Shown: positions 61,866 through 64,000 of the stretch, in pieces | Position numbering within the stretch: the stretch's first letter is position 1 | How the letters are laid out: the number at the start of each line of letters is the position of its first letter | NCBI GenBank assembly: GCA_963727625.1 | Contig: CAVSHR010000004.1 | Span: 224,001-288,000 of the forward strand | Length of the DNA stretch: 64,000 nt | Reading direction: 5' to 3' | Origin: an uncultured delta proteobacterium | GTDB taxonomy: Bacteria; Desulfobacterota; Binatia; UBA9968 | Position numbers and translations under genes: made by a program | The notes under the pieces: model-generated | The model's input: only the letters and a program-made list of their open reading frames with translations | What the model was told of the DNA's origin: nothing | Database searches by the model: none

Positions 61866-62579
61866 ATGGGCGGTGAGGAGATTTTTTTCGAGCAAATTCG
61901 TTCCGCCGGCTGTTTGTCATACATTCTGGGGTGCGCCCAGGACAAAGTCTGTGTCGTCATCGATCCCGAGCTGGACAAAGCCGACGATTACGCCGGCTTA
62001 GCCGAATTCTTTAAAGCGAAGCTTCTCTACGCCCTTGACACTCACACCCACGCCGACCACAATTCCGCTTGCAAGGTCATGCGCGAGCGCTATGGCGTAA
62101 AAGTCATCATGCACCGCGCCACCGACGCCCCTTACGTCGACTTGCCGGTCGAAGACGGCGATCAAATCAAGTTCGGCCAGCAATCGCTCAAGGTCGTCTA
62201 CACGCCGGGCCACACCCAGGATTCCATGTGCCTGCTGTTCGGGGATAGAATTTTTACCGGCGATACGCTGCTGATCGGCGGTTGCGGCCGCACCGATCTC
62301 CCCGGTGGAAGCGCGGAGTCGCAATATCAAAGCCTGCTAAAACTCAAGGCGCTCGGCGACAAGATTCGCGTCTATCCCGGCCACGACTACCGCGAAGCGG
62401 TCTCGACCCTTGGCGACGAAAAACAAAATAACGCGCGCATGCTGATCCCGACCAAAGACGAATTCATTCACTTCATGACTTCGCGCAAACCTCCCCTGCC
62501 GCGCAAGATCCAAGAAGCACTCGAGTGGAACCGCACGCCTATACAAGGCACACAGCGCGGAATGGGCGAAGGGATTTGA
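61866..62579 (+). CDS. MBL-fold metallo-hydrolase (persulfide dioxygenase/ETHE1-like)
   Basis: CLSY, DTHTHADH, TPGHT, FTGDTLLIGGCGRTD and YPGHDY motifs. Confidence 0.85.
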   Translation: MGGEEIFFEQIRSAGCLSYILGCAQDKVCVVIDPELDKADDYAGLAEFFKAKLLYALDTHTHADHNSACKVMRERYGVKVIMHRATDAPYVDLPVEDGDQIKFGQQSLKVVYTPGHTQDSMCLLFGDRIFTGDTLLIGGCGRTDLPGGSAESQYQSLLKLKALGDKIRVYPGHDYREAVSTLGDEKQNNARMLIPTKDEFIHFMTSRKPPLPRKIQEALEWNRTPIQGTQRGMGEGI

Positions 62580-62750
62580 AGAGTTGACAGCGAGCAGTTT
62601 CCAGTCGTCAGTTCTCCGCAAAGATTCTCCGGACCCGAGATGTTGCGTACCCGGCCTTAAAGGCCTCGTTTAGCGCCCAAGGCTTTGCGCGCAATACACG
62701 GTTCTGCGTCTTACTGTTGCCTGATATCTATTGCGCTCTTGCTTCCCCAT

Positions 62751-64000
62751 ATGAATTCAGCAAATAACGACATCACCGCAGGCATCCTTGACTCAGTGCG
62801 CCGCTACTGGGGCTACACCGAGTTGCGCCCGCTCCAAGAGCAAGCCATCCATGCCGAACTGGAGCAAAGAGACTCGCTCGTGGTCATGCCGACCGGCGGC
62901 GGCAAATCGTTGTGCTATCAAGTTCCGCCCGAGCTGGCGCAGCGCACCGATGTCGTCGTCTCGCCGCTGATTTCCTTGATGAAGGATCAAGTCGACGGCC
63001 TGCGCGAATGCGGCTATCCGGCCGGAGCACTTTACAGCGGCATGCCGGCGCACGCGGTTCACGAGACCGAAGAGCAGTTTGCCGCGGGCCGTTATCGACT
63101 GCTTTTCGTCGCGCCGGAGCGTTTGCTGACGCCGCGTTTTTTACAGCTGATGGAACGGGTCCATGTGCGCGCCTTCGCCATCGACGAAGCGCACTGCATC
63201 AGCCACTGGGGCCATGATTTTCGCCCCGAATACCGCCAGCTCGCGAGTCTTAAACAGCGCTTTCCGCAAACGAGCGTGCACGCCTACACCGCCACCGCCA
63301 CCGAGCGCGTGCGCGCTGACATCGCAGCGCAATTGCGTTTGAAGAATCCGGTGACACTGGTCGGCACCTTCGACCGCTCCAACCTCGTTTACCGCGTCAT
63401 TCCGCGAGTCGACGCCCGCTCGCAGGTGCTGGAAGTTTTGCGGCGCCACCCGAAGCAGGCCGCGATCGTTTATTGCATCAGCCGCAAAGACACCGAATCG
63501 ATGGCCGCGTTCCTTCAAGCGAATCGTCTGCGTGCGGCTTACTACCATGCCGGCTTGGAAGCCGACGAGCGCCGCCGTACCCAAGATGAATTTGCATCGG
63601 AAGCACTCGACGTCGTCGCCGCCACCGTGGCCTTCGGTATGGGCATCGATCGCAGCGACGTGCGCTGTGTCATCCACGCCGCTATGCCCAAGTCTATCGA
63701 GCATTACCAACAGGAAACCGGCCGCGCCGGCCGCGATGGCTTGGAAGCCGAGTGCGTTCTCCTCTACTCCGCCGCCGATGCAATGCGCTGGGAATCTCTA
63801 GTCGAACGAAGCGCCGCCGAGGCCGGCGCCGCGCCGGAGATTATCGCCGCATCTCGCGAGCTGCTCAATCACATGCGCCGCCTCTGCTCCGGTGCACACT
63901 GCCGCCATCGCAAGCTCTCCGAATACTTCGGCCAGGCCTATACCAAAGCGAACTGTGAAGCTTGCGATGTCTGTTTGAACGAAGTCGAAGGGTTAGCCGA
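62751..64000 (+). CDS. recQ: ATP-dependent DNA helicase RecQ (runs off the window; missing from the ORF track)
   Basis: Manual translation from ATG 62751 gives WGYTELRPLQ, MPTGGGKSLCYQ, DEAHCISHWGHDFRPEY, ATVAFGMGID and QETGRAGRDG. Confidence 0.95.
   Translation, partial: MNSANNDITAGILDSVRRYWGYTELRPLQEQAIHAELEQRDSLVVMPTGGGKSLCYQVPPELAQRTDVVVSPLISLMKDQVDGLRECGYPAGALYSGMPAHAVHETEEQFAAGRYRLLFVAPERLLTPRFLQLMERVHVRAFAIDEAHCISHWGHDFRPEYRQLASLKQRFPQTSVHAYTATATERVRADIAAQLRLKNPVTLVGTFDRSNLVYRVIPRVDARSQVLEVLRRHPKQAAIVYCISRKDTESMAAFLQANRLRAAYYHAGLEADERRRTQDEFASEALDVVAATVAFGMGIDRSDVRCVIHAAMPKSIEHYQQETGRAGRDGLEAECVLLYSAADAMRWESLVERSAAEAGAAPEIIAASRELLNHMRRLCSGAHCRHRKLSEYFGQAYTKANCEACDVCLNEVEGLA

Noticed and set aside
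62577-62660. UGA read-through of the MBL gene (also checked for the 3-HAO gene)
   Set aside because: The downstream codons show no family-like sequence and no SECIS-like hairpin, unlike the SQR-like gene.

Overview
A 64-kb GC-rich bacterial chromosome segment. Gene content suggests a Deltaproteobacteria-like lineage such as Candidatus Binatia, but this is inference only. It appears to span the replication terminus: a well-formed dif site lies at 40306-40333, with housekeeping genes mostly on + to its left (pyrR-pyrB-carA-carB, recG, alaC-hom-apgM-glpX, dus-maf, uup, moxR-VWA-miaB) and mostly on - to its right (mutS-amidase-glnD-xerD-S2P-trpS-scpAB-rluB). Three observations stand out. (1) A sulfide:quinone-oxidoreductase-like flavoprotein whose ORF-track stop is an in-frame UGA at the second catalytic Cys position. 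It is followed by a SECIS-like hairpin and 53 more conserved codons, so it is a probable selenoprotein (40488-41645). (2) A 1.9-kb, more AT-rich element with no integrase, integrated at dif between 19-bp direct repeats. It has a second cer-like site, a triple-hairpin region, a DUF4145 gene and orphan ORFs, and is a candidate minimal Xer-exploiting element. (3) An aspartate transcarbamoylase fused to a PyrI-type zinc domain and a second PyrR-like PRTase domain, next to a stand-alone PyrR and its RNA attenuator. Also seen: a 3-HAO gene truncated by a transposon end, a frameshifted DapA-like gene in an HDO-cyclase-aldolase cluster, tRNA-Arg(CCT), and several candidate structured RNAs. No CRISPR array or rRNA was seen.
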